Shown here: piece by piece, positions 13,318 to 27,441 of the stretch
Position numbering within the stretch: the stretch's first letter is position 1
How the letters are laid out: each line of letters begins with the position of its first letter
The notes under the pieces: generated by a model
The model's database searches: none
What the model saw: only the letters and a program-made list of their open reading frames with translations
What the model was told of the DNA's origin: nothing
Position numbers and translations under genes: made by a program
Source: Nageia nagi
Lineage: Eukaryota; Plantae; Pinophyta
Length of the DNA stretch: 64,000 nucleotides
Direction: 5' to 3'
Assembly: GCA_050084985.1 (NCBI GenBank)
Contig: JBITNC010000001.1
Location: forward strand, 126,294,001 to 126,358,000

Positions 13318-15707
13318 TATTGATATATTTAATATCAAAAAAATGTTAAAGATGATATTATTAAATATATTTACCTGAAGTGGGAGAATTTTTGAATAGC
13401 AATCTTACTGATGATAAAAGAAATATAATTTTTTAAGTTATCTATTACCCTTATTCTTTTTTTCATAAGTAGTAATGTGAATCTTCAATTCTTAAAAGTA
13501 CTTATTTATATTTTGAATTTGTTGATATGGGTATTAAGTTAAAAATAAATAAATTAACCTTCAATATAATAAAATTAAAGTTTGTAAGTTCTATTTTAAT
13601 TCTTATATATAATTATTTGATGGCTTATATATGGTATATTCTATTAATTCAAATAATTAAATAAAAATTTTAATGAAAAGGTAGAGGATGATTTTAAATC
13701 TTTATATTAGGATAATATTGTTGTAGTTTAATATAGTATGATCAATTTCTTTTTAGAGAGGTATTAATTGAATTTATTAATCTTCTTAGAGTTGAAATTC
13801 ATCTTATAAGGATCCTAACTCAAGATAAAACAAGGGTAACCACTACCCATTGTAGCCCACCTAGTGAATGTTTTGATTGAACCCCCCAATTGATTATAAT
13901 ACAGTTGAAACATATCTGAACTGTAGCCATGTAGTACCACTAAGGATCCATCAAGTAGACTCAAACTTTTCTATATTTTATTGTTTGGAGTAATGAATAA
14001 AAATAATAATTAATGTTTTATTTTACATTGATATATTTGATGTGCATACATTAAGTTTTATATATGTAATTTTTTGAAGGAAGAAGTTATTAATATTATT
14101 TATATAAGATAAATATATGCACATCCTTAACAAAGATCTGCATTTGATTATTTTACAATTGTTAAATATTTAAAGTTACTTAATGTGTTGTATAATATAG
14201 CCTGTAAACAAAAATATTTTATAAATAAAAAATAATACCAATACAAATCCATATTGTAGTTATAATTAAAAATGAAGATAATTTTAGAATTGCTCATAGT
14301 GATCAAGAGTGTATTACAATTCATGAAGTAGATTGTATTTTTAGAACCAAAAGAATCACCAAATAGAAGAAATTATTGTTCAACAAATTACTCCTTAATT
14401 ATAGTGATACTATAGCCAGGTGAAAGTTTTAACATCATTCGTTATTCATATGGTAAATTAGCATTTGCATATATAAAGATACATGAAATCAAGATCCATC
14501 CTAGTTCTAATGGAATATAAAGATCTTGTAGGTGTTTAATTATTTTTATTAATTTTATCTCATATTTTTTTAAAAATATTTTAATCTTTTTTCTTAATAA
14601 AATGTACTTAAATTTTATCATAGCTCCCATGAACCATAATGAGTAATATAGAATCATTAAACTCCAAGAATAACATTGACTTTTACACTTAACCTTCATT
14701 ATAGAAAATACCAATTTTATTGACATACTTTTCATAAGTATTATTTATTATACAAATTACCAATTTTATTAATTATATATGTATTTAATTCATTTAGGCC
14801 AAAACCCTAGGTGTACCAAAACACATATCAATAGTCCCAACCAAGTATGATTACTATGGTAATTAGAATGATGATTGGTTTACTCTCAATCATCAAACTA
14901 ACCCAAATAAATGGCTAGTTTAGTCCCAACCAATTGATCATAAAAAAATTGATGGTTATTTAATATCCACCCAACAAGGATATAGTTAAAAAAATTGTGA
15001 TGATTATTTAATGTCCACCCAATAGAATGTGGTCACAATGCTCATAATTAGATATGATCAACAATGCAAGAAGGGATAGAAATACTCTCTAATTCTTACC
15101 CATTTTTTGATGCTCAAATGTGGTTACAACTAATTTTTTCTAATTTGTACTTTTGTACCATAACATTAGCACTAGTATCAACATTCACATTGGACTCTAT
15201 TTAATGAATGGTATTGAGATGAATGTTACATGTGGTCAATATGCTTATTGTTTTTGCTAATCACCTTTTTATTTAATATATAATGCTTATGAGGTAGTGT
15301 TATACCATGAATGTCCTTAAGCATACCATGAATATGAGGTAAACATTCCATCTTGCAATTACAATGCCTATTTTTTCCTACCAAGAACCATATACTCAAA
15401 TATATGTTAGCACTATATTAGGGTTTTAGGTCATATCTAGCTCAAACTATCATGTTTACTAAGGTGTGGTGATAAATATGAAGGAATGGTAGCATAAAAG
15501 TAGAGGTTAGTACAGGTGCTAAGGATAGTGTGGATACTAATAATATTAAGGTAAAGGAATTTTAGGATTTGATCCAGTGAATACAATTTTCCCCCAAGTT
15601 GTTATGTTACATTATATTTGATTATAAAATATAATAGTAAATTTGCATATGTGATATTGATGAATAACATAATTGACTAATAATACCTTTATTTATATTT
15701 GGTACAG

Positions 15708-16495
15708 TGTTGTTAATTCCTTAAGGACAAATAACTAATGTCTAAGAGTTGGAAATAGTACATGGTGTGGAGGGATATCCTTACAGATGATGAGCTAGCT
15801 ATGCTTCACATTGTCAACATGCGTGACTTGTTGCATGCTCCATATATTTGGGTAGATAAGGAATTACTCATAGACATCATGGAGAGATGGTTTGAAAAGA
15901 CCAATACCTTTCATTTACTAATTACAGGGGTTACCATCATTTTCAAGGATATACATTGGATCCTATGGGTGCCTATAAAAGGAAATCCCATCTTCTTGAA
16001 GGATAACATGAGTGACACATACTATGATACCCTCTTTAAATGATTGAAGGGGTTAGATGATTATCATGAAGGTAAGAGGCATGCATACATTCATTAGTCT
16101 TTAAAGGGTAAAATTAAAAGGTTCAAGTAGGTTTTAATGATTATGTATGCATGCATTAATAGCATTGTATACCCAAAAAATAATCACATGGTGTTCCCTC
16201 TTGGTTTAATTCACATGGTATACTAGATGCATAGGATATACAATATGCATAGGCCCCATATATCATCACTCAAATGTATCATGACTTGCACAATTTTGTG
16301 AAGGTGTAAAAGAATGAAAGGAGGATTACATAATCATTTGTGTTACAATATTGGGCTTATGAGCATATTTCATTTATTTGGCCAAGGGAACTACTAGCAC
16401 CTAGGACATTTGTAGACCATCCTACATGGTATTCGTGGGCCAAGGCAGGCAAAGTGACATGGCTTGAGTGTGGAAGCCTACTTGAAAGTAATAGA
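15708..16495 (+). pseudogene. Plant mobile domain (PMD, aminotransferase-like) remnant
   Basis: LLIDIMERWFEKTNTFHL..GVTIIFKDIHWILWVPIKG matches the PMD ERW..ETNTFHLP.GE.TITL.DV..ILG.P motif; LQYWAYEH downstream; stops and frameshifts. Confidence 0.82.
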
Positions 16496-16496
16496 C

Positions 16497-16721
16497 TATC
16501 TTATGTAGGGAAGAATAATTACCAACTACTAAAGGGATTTGGATTTGTAACCTATTTAATTGTAGATAGAGTCTCTCTAGTTTGTCAAGCCTTCCAAATT
16601 CTAATGGAATGATTCCTATAAAGCTATTAGGGCCCAAACTCAAACTTACTAGAGATGTGCAATTCCTGAAATAATTGGGAATGCTTTCAATCAAATAATT
16701 GTATGGTAAGAGTGAGATCAT
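16497..16721 (-). pseudogene. Fragment of plant LRR receptor-like gene (~3 extracellular LRRs)
   Basis: YNYLIESIPNYFRNCTSLVSLSLGPNSFIGIIPLEFGRLDKLERLYLQLNRLQIQIPLVVGNYSSL fits LxxLxLxxNxLxGxIPxxLGxL. Confidence 0.85.
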
Positions 16722-18335
16722 TGTATGCCCAAACTCATCTATACTTTATAATTAAAAAAAAATTATGTGGGTTTTAGAGTGAGATAATAGTAGATATTAC
16801 ATATGGTATCAAAACCAAGATTAAACACAAGTGGGCCTATGGATTAACTACTTGCTATAAGAGTGTGATAGGTTTAGTTGTTTCAAAAATATGGTAAACA
16901 AGTATTAGTGCTATGTGGATAAAATTGTAATATCTTATACGCATTTGTTTGAATATCAATAATTGGTAAGGATTAACTCCTAGAATTTATTGAGATTAAT
17001 ATTTTATTGATAAAAGATAAATTATCCATTGTTATGTAGATAATTGATATATGTTTTATACCTATACTAGGATCAAATAGATGAGATATATATTTGAAGT
17101 GTATATATTATATTGCTAACATTTTATGGATGCATTATGATATAGAACTCTTAGTGTTTCAAATTTCAAAAAGAAAGTAATATGCTCAAGGATTTGACAA
17201 CAAAAAAAGAACAACAAATGAGGTATATTTTTGGATATGTTGAGTAACTTATAAAAAATTGATAATAAGTACTAAAAAATTTATAAATTTTGAGATGGTT
17301 GATTTACACTTTGAAATTAGATATAGGAATCTAATTTTAAGATAGTGCTTAATATATTTTATTGGTATCAACTATTTTTTTGAATACTTATGATCAAACT
17401 TTAGACTTATTTTATTGATGAACACTAAGTATGAAAATGTTCATGGAATTTTCTAGAGAAGTAGAAACATTATCATGAGTATTGTTGAATTGAAAACATT
17501 TGGATGTTTTCAACGTAAACATGTGACAATAACTATTTAGGTATTACTTTTCTTTAATGATTATAGAGTTCAACCTAGTAGATTATAATACCTAAACTTG
17601 GAAAGTATAGATGAGAAACCAATGTTTGACAAATAACTTGATCTCTTTAGTAGTTCTAATAGCATTGTGATATTGTGAAATTTTCCTTTTTACTTGTTTA
17701 TCAACTTGCTAATATAGAGCCAATGTGTAAATTAGGTCTATCCAACCTATTTTATCATAAGAAGATTGAATATCAAGATGTTATATGAATATAGGAATCA
17801 TAGAATTTGGTTCTAGTAAGGAAATGTTGGAAGTATGAGTGTGGACCAAAGGATTGGCAAGATACACTATGGTAGAAAAATATATGCTATGATGAACACT
17901 TTTCCTTTATTCTATAAAGAATGGAATATGGAATTTATTTTTTAATGCATGAAGTATTGTTAACATATATATGAAATTGTGTTTATTATTAGATGTATAT
18001 GAGGTTTTAATATGAATAAATCCATGTTAAGTTTGATTACATGAAATGATCAAATACATAACATGTGATAGCAATGTTACTAAGAACTTATGCTAGACAT
18101 AGGCATGGAATATGAAAAATATCTTTTATAATAATCAATGAATGTATAGTAAGAACCTTTTTTATGTTATTTTTGGTATTTTCTTTGAGTAACTATCAAT
18201 AATGTTTAATGAAACACTTAATGAAAGTAAATCATGGGATGTGTACTATGTTTCCTTGAGAGGAATATTATCAAAATACATATATAGAATGAAGTTATGC
18301 ATTGAGAAACAAAGAAAGGTCTTAATCATGACTTA

Positions 18336-19476
18336 TGTTGGACTAGAAATGATACTAAGATGGGGGGTGAATCAATGTGTACTTAAAACTTGAGGCTTAT
18401 AAATAAATCTAGAATAAAAATATTTTTAAACATATAAGAACAACACATAATAAAGCATTTAACAAGGTTCTCCATCATGTTACATCCCTTGAAAGGGATA
18501 CTTAGATCATGGTCCAAATCTAATTTAGTAGTAAAGCACCCACTTTACAAAAGTTTACCAATACCCATCATATGGAGCATAAACTTCATATTTTGTAGCA
18601 CCCACTATAGTGAGCACCAACCCCTTTGGCCAAGCACCAACTTGATAGATCTTCATATGAAGGTTTTGAAAACTTGCCAACTCTATTATAAAGATCCCTA
18701 ATGGTATAACTCAACAAAGAATACACCTTGGCTATCTATTGATGATATATAATGGTATACCTCAACAAAACATACACCTCATCATTGCATAGGGCTTATT
18801 GTCATCACATAAGGATTGTAAGCTCCACATAACCTTGTTTCCTCTACATAAGGATTTTGGTCTCAGCACAAGCTTGTTCTAATCACTTAAGAGCTTAGAA
18901 TATCACATAAGTACTACCACATAAGCTTCCACATAGGCTTTCATCTATCTACATAATACTATATCTATTTGCATAATCCTTGTATTGACTACATAAGCCA
19001 TTTTTTGACCACATAAATCTTGATTTGATCACATAAGAACTTCTTCCTTTTCATAAGCCTTATTTTGATTGCATAAGCCTTGATTGACCATATAAGAACT
19101 TGCTACTCTGCATAAACTATGTTTTGACTGTATAAACTTGTTTTCCATCACATAAGCTATAACTTATTTGTATAAGGCTATAATTCTCTGTATAAACCAT
19201 TTAAGCCTTCACATGAGGGTTTGCCACTCTGTATATGCCATTTAAGCCTCCATAAAAGCATTTTCCTCATCACATAAGGCATCCTTTGCTTACATAAACA
19301 TGTGGTTATCTACATAAGGTATCATTTGATTGCATAAATATGTGGTTTTTTGTATAAGATGTTCTAATACCCAATAGCTTTGTATGAGGACTTGTCTTTG
19401 ATATTGTGGCATTATGACCTCCACATGCACACATTTTGCCATAATGATAATCATGAACATAAGCATATGGCCAACA
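18336..19476 (-). repeat. 3' LTR of SIRE-like copia (internally deleted)
   Basis: TGTTGGAC...GGCCAACA; adjacent PPT ATCCCCCCCT; many ~20-bp CATAAG-core repeats. Confidence 0.88.
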
Positions 19477-20480
19477 ATCCCCCCCTTTGGCATTGTAATC
19501 AAAATTTCAAGTAAGAACACAACCAACTTATCATGCCAAACATAATCACTCTCCCCCTTTTTTACAATAGTGTCAAATATAATCATTAGCAAAATAGGAA
19601 ATACACCTTTAGCCAATAGAGACTCCATGCTTGAATAATTAACCATTAAAGCAACCAATAATAGTATTTTTAAACACTAGCCTTCAACATAAAAGATAAA
19701 CTTCAATAAACTTACATGGCTTCACTTTCATTACTAGCAGACTGAATATCAAATAGTAGTAGTACTAGTAGTTCCATGGTAATGAAGATTACTTTTACCA
19801 AAACACCAACAATAATGAAATTATGAAAATGTGAACTTGTAAGAGTATGTACTTCAAAACTATTAGCTAATAAATGAATATAGATTTTCCAATCAAAGAA
19901 AGGGGAATGTTTTTTTGACAAGAATAATAATATGAAAAAAGTAACAACAAGATCAACATTATGATACTACAGGAAATGGAATCTTATAAGACAACACAGT
20001 CTCACTTAGAAGCACTCAAACAAATCCAAATCCATCATCTTATAGAGATAATATACCCATGATAATTGTAATGACTATAGTCTATGTGCTATAAGAACAA
20101 GCCATTAGTTATTGTAACAACTTTGATAAAACAACAAACCCAACAAGAATTGCAACACTATTAATGACAATAATAGGTAACATTGGTATGCTTAAGCATA
20201 ACATATCTCCATCAACCTATATGACAAATTTGAAAACAAAATATGTAGCATTATTTGAATAGTGTAATCAATGAACACAATAAACTATATTAACAAACTT
20301 GATATACTTGGCTCCCCCTTACTCAAAATAAACTTGATTTGGAAAAATTGTGAAAAAATGACACAACATAATACACCCCTTTATTGCAAAAATTGACCTC
20401 TTGATTAAAATAAGAAAAATAACTATCCATTCAAAAATTAAAGAGTTAAAAAGATATAAAATAGGAATTGCTCTCCCTGA
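19477..20480 (-). promoter_or_regulatory. Multiple-PPT region upstream of 3' LTR
   Basis: C-tracts on + strand (AGGGGGAG-like on -) at ~19478, ~19551, ~20312, ~20374 and ~20471, a Sirevirus hallmark. Confidence 0.7.
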
Positions 20481-20519
20481 TACTATGCCCAACATAAATT
20501 GCTCAGTTCTTTGAAAGAG

Positions 20520-23500
20520 TGATCACTCTTAACTTGGTCCTTAGGTACTAGAAAGTGAACTTTGGTAATGGCTTGGTGAATATGTCATCCACTTGGTTTG
20601 AGGTAGGAAAAAGCTCCAACTTGGCTTCTCTTTTAGCGACATTTTCCTTCAAGAAAAGATATTGTATGGCAATGTGCTTTGTCTTGGAATGCATGATGGG
20701 GTTTTTGGATAAGTTAATGGTTGATGTATTGTCACAAAATAGAGGAATAGGATCAGCATAGATAATACCTAGATATTTCAACACTTGTGTGCAACAAGAT
20801 GCAACTACAATATACTTTGTCTCAACTATTGAAAGGGATATTAAGTCTTGTTTCTTACTATGCCAAGATACTAGATTTTGGCCAAGATAAAATGCTCCAC
20901 CACTAGTGCTTTTTCTATCATCTACACATCCAACCCAATCAACATTCAAGTAATTAAACAATGTGAATTCTATACCTTTGGGGTAACATAGGCCAAACTC
21001 CAGGGTGCCTTTCAGATATTTGATGATCCTCTTCATAGCTTGCACATGTACCTCCTTTGGATTAGCTTAAAATTTGACAACCATGCAAATAACCTACAGT
21101 ATGTATGGTATTGTAGCAATCAAATAGAGCAAGTTACAAATCATGGATCTATATAGGATATGATCAACACTAGGAGAGGTATCCATATTTCTCATTTTTC
21201 AATTGATTTTCATGGGAGTGCTAATAATTTTGCTATCCTCCATATCAAATTTCTTCAACATCTCTTTAACATACTTGACTTGAGAGATAAAAGTCCCTTT
21301 TTTCTTATTGATTTACTTGTAGGCTAAGGAAATGAAAGAGCTCACCAATCATATACATTTCAAATACCTTCTTCATCTTGCTTGCAAAATCATTGCACAA
21401 GTTATTCTTGTAGCTACCAAAATTGATATCATGAACATAAACAACAATGATTATCAAATGTCCAATCTCATGTTTCACAAACAAATTATTTCCTACTATC
21501 CGTTGTTTGAACCCTTATTCTAAAAGGCACCTATCTAGTATGGCATACCAAGCTCTATAAGCTTATTTTAGTCCATATAAGGCTTTCTTCAATTTACATA
21601 CTACATTAGGATCCTTTCCCAACTAGAATCCATCCAATTATTCTATGTAGACCTCTTCTTCTAAGACACCATTCAAAAATGCAGCCTTGACATCCATTTG
21701 AAAGATTTTAAAAATTTTGTATGCAACTAAGGCTAAAAAAATTCTAATGGTTTCAAGTCTACTACTGGAGAACAAGTCTCATCAAAATTAATACCTTTTT
21801 ATCTAAACATAACCTTTACATACTAGTCTTGCCTTATTTTTGAAAACTTTTCCTTATTCATTCAACTTGTTCTTGAAATCCATTTTGTGTGAATGACATT
21901 CTTGCTTATAGGCTAAGGTACAATCTCCCATGTTTAACTCTTCTCAATATGATCTAATTTTTCTTCCATGGTTTTTACCCAATGCTCATATTTTTATGCC
22001 TCTACCATAGATTTAGGCTCAATGTGAGATACCAAGGAGTAAGTTATGTGCTCTTGAGTTGGTGCAATCCTTCTTATAGTTTGAATATTAGTTCTAATAT
22101 CTCAAATGATTTGATCCTTAAGATGGTTCTTTTCAACTTGTCAGGTAGGTATCTTTTTGCTAGTTGGAGTTGTTGGAGTGGTCGATTTTGGTTGCTTTTC
22201 TTTTGGTGCTTCATGTTTATCTTCTTTAATCACTTCCTTATAGGTGGGATAGTTTACTTCATTTTTGGTTTGAGAATCTATGCCTTCATCTACATTGACA
22301 TCAATACTTTCAACTATTTTTGTAAGCCTTTTCTTGTAGCATCTATAAGCCTTACTTTTAGATGAGTATCTAGGAAGTATACCTTCATCTACTTTCTATT
22401 CAAAATGGCCAACATTGTTTTTAGTTCTCTTGAACTAATCTTTTCCATATTGTCCAAGTTGATTTTCCCAAGTCTCTTATTCTAAAACCATCTTATATCC
22501 TCTTAGCTCATCATGCAAGAATATTCAATATTCTCTACAAGAGTATAAAGATTATAGGATATTCTCATGCCATGAGCAACTATCTTTCTAATGCTTGTTC
22601 TTTTAATTTCATAACCATGCTTTTTAAACATCATATCATTAACTTTATCATAGATTTAGCTACCACTTAGTATATTGTATTTTAAGCCAACAAAAAGGAG
22701 CACATCTTTAGTCTTGAATCTACTATCTCCTAATATTGTAGTAGCTTTTTCAACTATCTTGGATCCATCATTATTTCCAAAATTAACTAAACCACCATCA
22801 TGTTGTTGCAAGTCCTCAAGGCTTTATTTATCACTAGTCATGTGTTTAGAATAGCCATTGTCAAAAATCTATGGCTTAGTATTGCTTTGAGCTTTCAAGG
22901 AAGTTTGGACAATAAGAGATTAATTGATATTGATGCTCTTTTTTCTCTAGACTTGCCTAAGCTTGGTTCTAGCTTCAATGTTATTATTGTTCAACGGGAA
23001 TCATCTTCATCTATATGATTTTTGTTCCTTATATATTGCTTTCTATAGTGTTGGATGAATTGGTGAGAGTTTGTAGATTGAATTCTATTAAACTTTGCAA
23101 TGTGGTCAAGAATGTGATACTTATATTACTCCACCATGTTGTCCATTAAAGGAGCAAATGCATTCTATTGTATGAATTTTCTAGCTTGATATTCAATTTA
23201 CAATCTACTATTTTGTGGCCAAAATGATTACACTTTTAGAAAAATCCAAAGAAAGCACCTTTGAAACTTGGATAGAGATTATTCATCACTCTTGTATTAT
23301 TTTGAGAATCATAAGCTCCTCCTAGCCTTCTCATCTACTTACTAGATCTTATATATCTAACATGATTATCTCTTTGCTTGTTAGTAGGTTAGTTTATAGG
23401 TATTTTATTTTCATGCTTTGTCTCATAAGGTTTGCTATTAGTTACAAGTTCTTGTTTATTACCAGAATTTGAAGTATTTCCTAGCTCAAACCCTAGACCA

Positions 23501-24882
23501 AATTTGATTAGTGGGTATCTTTATGCATTAAGGATCTCATTTAGTTATTTTGAGCTCTTGTAGAAATTGTAGCTTCCTTTAACTTGAATGGAGAGTTTGT
23601 TAGTTTCAATTCTCAAATTAACTATTTCTTATTCAAGTTTGTGACATGCATCAATTCTATCTTTAAGCTATAATTGTAATGATTCTTCATTCACCTTGGA
23701 TTCAATAAGTTGAATGCTTAGATCTTTAATTTTACTAGTAGGACCCTCTAGCTTCTTGGAAAGCTTTTTTTTCTCATTCCTTTCAAGTTCTAGTTCCTCT
23801 AGGGTAGATATGAGTTCTCTTTCTAAGTCAAATTTGGCCTTTTCACCCTCATCTTTAGAGTTTGTAGCATTTTTGACATCCTCCTTTTCTTCCTCCTAAT
23901 ACATGAATAAGAATTAATTATTATCATCCTCTAGACTATCACTATCACTGGATTATTCCTCCTTTTCTTATGACATGAAACTCTTCTTATTGTATTTTTA
24001 GTGCTTAGTCTTTTGTTTGTATTGATCATTACCATACTTTCATGCATTATCAACATTGTCATTGCTTTCTTTGTATGGGCATTTTGCAACAAAATGGCCA
24101 ACACCCCATAGCTGAAATAATTGAAAGGAAATTTAAATTTATATTTACCTTATCCTCTTTTGAGCTTTTGGATAAAGTTTGATTCCTCCATGTATGAACC
24201 TTCATATTCATTTACATCTATCTTTGACTTGGGAATTTTAGTGGATTTGAAGATAACTTCTTTGTCATTGATCTTGGCATTGCTAATCTTCATCTCATAG
24301 GTAGTAAGAGAGCCATGCATTTCATCTAATGTAAAGGAATTTAGATCCTTTACTTCTTCAATGGATATTAATTCAATATCAAATATTTATATTAAGGATT
24401 TTAGGATCTTTTTGATAATAATCTTATCTTCAATATCTTCACCTAGATCTCTGATGGAGTTAACAACCTCATTCACTTTAAGCATGTAGGTTGTAATGTC
24501 TTCTTCATCATTCATCTTTAGCCATTCAAATTGAGCTCTAAATATTTGTATCTTACTTCCTTTATTTTTCATCACCTTCATGTGTACTCTTTAGTTTTTC
24601 CTTTATCTCTTTAGTAGATTTGTATCCTATGATTTTTACTAGTTTATTATTAAGTAGACCATACATGAAAGAATTTTTGGCCTTGGAATCACTTTCACAT
24701 AACTTATATTTGGTTGGATATATTGGAGGTGTGGATAATGTTTTGTATCCATTTATAAAAACTTCCCAAATATGATAACTTAAGGTAGTAAGATAAGTTT
24801 ACATATGGATTCTCTAGAAGGAATAGTTTGTTCCATCAAAAAGTGATGCTCTGTTTGAAGAAAATCCTTCTATACTGCACAT
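20520..24882 (-). pseudogene. Copia gag-pol, decayed, integrase core deleted
   Basis: Starts MCSIEGFSSNRASLFDGTNYSF; gag ORF 24387-24581; RNase H ORF 20548-21045 (DWVGCVDDRKSTSG, CDNTSTI, HSKTKHI); pre-integrase segment joins KVDEGI..KAYRCY directly at ~22410. Confidence 0.88.
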
Positions 24883-25343
24883 TGTTGGAAATTGTAATGT
24901 AATATTGTGTAATATTTTTCTTAAAGTATAAATTTACTTAATACTTAAATTATCTCTATATACCTTAAAGCATTTAGGGAATAAATATGAAAACACCTTT
25001 AACCTTACCCTTTGGTAAAAGAGAGGTTAGAGGGCGGGTTTCTTTTTATAAATAGATAGGTACCCCTCTCATTATATACTTGATGAAGCATGGTAATACT
25101 TTTCATGTAGAGTTGTAGGAATGGTCTTGTAGGAGTTTCTATAATAATTCTTGAGAACTTTTAGGAGAGTTATCTTGTGAGAAGTAATAGAATGATGGTT
25201 CAAAGTGGATGTACTCCCAAGAGATGGAGGAACCACTATATATGGTGTGTTATCTTTTGTTTGATTGTTTCTTGCTTTGCTAGATAAATGTTAGATTTGT
25301 TAGAGAAGATTCAAAGAGATCTTGGTTTATGGATACCTTCAAT
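24883..25343 (+). mobile_element. Solo copia-type LTR inserted at the gag start codon
   Basis: Starts TGTTGG; shares blocks with the LTR at 60970 (AATACTTAA, CCCTTNGGTAAAAG, TATAAATAG, AGTGGATGTACTCC, ACCTTCAAT); candidate TSD CACAT/TACAT. Confidence 0.68.
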
Positions 25344-25404
25344 TACATCAAGTAGTTTCACTTCTTATATCTCCTCAATCGATTAGACTTTAAACAAGGA
25401 ACAT

Positions 25405-25417
25405 GGCTCTAATACCA
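25405..25417 (-). promoter_or_regulatory. PBS (tRNA-iMet) of SIRE-like copia
   Basis: Reverse complement TGGTATTAGAGCC adjacent to the 5' LTR. Confidence 0.85.
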
Positions 25418-25419
25418 AA

Positions 25420-27441
25420 TTTTGGACTAAAAATGACACTGAGAGGGGGGGTGAATTACTGTGTACTTAAAAATTGAGGCTAATAAATAAATGCAAAATA
25501 GAAATAAACTCAAATACATAATAAAAATATATAACAAAGCATTTAACAAGGTTCAACATCTCTACTACATCCCTAGGAAAAGGCTTCTTAGATGATGGTT
25601 CAAATCCATGTTAGTAGTAAAGGATAAAGTTTACAAAAGTTTACCAACACCCACTAGATGAAGCACCAACTCCAAATTTTATATCACCCACTGTAAGGAG
25701 CACCAACCTCTTTGGCTAAACACTAACTTGGTAGATCTTTAGATGAAGGTTTTGGCAAACTTGTCAACTCTATTACATAGAACTTCAATGGCCTAGCTCA
25801 ATAAAACACACATACTAGTTATCTATTGATGAAATATAGTGATTTTTCATAGCCATTATTCTACCTTCATTTCCAATCTAATATTGTTTGTCTCAATGGC
25901 AACATATTAAGGAAAAACCTTAAACTCTACATCTCCTAGAAGTCATCAAATTATTTTGATATCTCCATTTACATTTTTGTAGCTACAAAATATACTAACA
26001 TGACTCCCTTGCCTTCAAAAACTCATTATATATTCAATAATTGACCATACCATCAACCATATTACAATAGCCATGATTGTACTTTAAATAGTAAACTTAG
26101 CATTGATAATCACCATTATGATCACTAGCAGACTCAATAAGCATGCAAACCCTAGATATCCATTATTGATAGTTATAGTCATGCATAGATCCATGTGTTA
26201 GGATCAAATAAGGATTGTATTAATTGTAATCTATAGTGCCATGCCTACTTGACATGAAGAATCCACTCCATGATTTCTAATCCACTCCTTTTTTCATTAA
26301 TTCTAATGATTATAAGTATCAAGGCTTCCAATTTTAGTGTCAACACTCTCTCCATGAGGTTCATAATAAGATTGATCACCATAATTGATTATATACATGG
26401 TGGGGACTTAAACTTTACTTAGACTAACAGATCAATCCTCAAGCATGACCACTAGCATCATACTACATAAGCTTTACACTATACACATAAGAACATTCTT
26501 CTTTGTAAAACCCTATTAGATTCTACATAAGACCCTTTATCATTGTATAAGGCTTTCTTCATCCACACAAGGACATTTTTCTTTGCATAATACTTTTCAC
26601 TTCAAAACATTGGACCTTCATATAGCACTTTATCCATATAAGGCATTTAATTTCTACATAAGACCTTTCATCACTACATAATATCTCTGCATAATGTCTC
26701 CACATGATTCTTTGCATTATTGCATATGGTTTATCTTCATTGCATAAGGAATGTAAGCTCATCATAACCCTTGTTTCATCTACACAAGCTTGTTTTGACC
26801 ATATAAGAACTTAGACTAGTGCATAAGGACTACCATATGAGCTTTTGCATATGCTTATATCTATCTGCATAACATTGTATCTAACTGCATAACCCTTGTA
26901 TTGATCACACAAGCCATGTTTTGATCACATAAGCCTTGAGTTGATTGTATAAGAACTTGCTTCTCCATACAAGCCATATTTTGACCACATAAGACTTGAT
27001 TTGATCACATAAGAACTTGTTTCTCCACACAACCTTTAATTTGACTACATAAGCCATGATTTGGCCATATAAAAACTTGCTACTCTACACAAGTTGTACT
27101 TTTATGATATAAACTTGTTTTACACTACATAACCTATAACTTGTCCTTATAAGGCTATCAGTTTTTGGATAAGAGATTTAAGCCTTTGTATAAGGGCTTA
27201 ATACTCTACATAAGCATGTTCCTCATCATATAAGGCATCCTTTGATTAAATAAGCATGTGGTAGTTTGCATAAGGAATACTTTAACTACATAAGCATGTG
27301 GTTTTTGCATAAGGTGTTCTAGTATTCAGCAACATTGTATGAGGACTTATCTTTAATATTTTGGCATTGTGACCTATATATTCACATCTTTAATAACCTT
27401 TGACAAAAATGATAATCATGAACACAAGCATATTGCACACA
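25420..27441 (-). repeat. 5' LTR of SIRE-like copia (~2.0 kb)
   Basis: Collinear with 18336-19476 at both ends, plus a ~0.85-kb block absent from the 3' LTR. Confidence 0.88.

Larger units (their letters stand above)
18336..27441 (-). mobile_element. Ty1/copia LTR retrotransposon, SIRE/Maximus-like, decayed
   Basis: Two LTRs, TSD ACTTA/ACCTA (18331-18335, 27442-27446), PBS, several PPTs, ATTCACCCCCC motif at LTR 3' end, long gag with several zinc knuckles, RT and RNase H (QVDDIFTKPLP). Confidence 0.9.

Noticed and set aside
16790-16880. Possible TRIM (ACA then TGGTATCAAAACC)
   Set aside because: No paired terminal repeats or TSD found
17150-18330. Faint copia-like traces (e.g. FEMVDL)
   Set aside because: Too decayed to support a call
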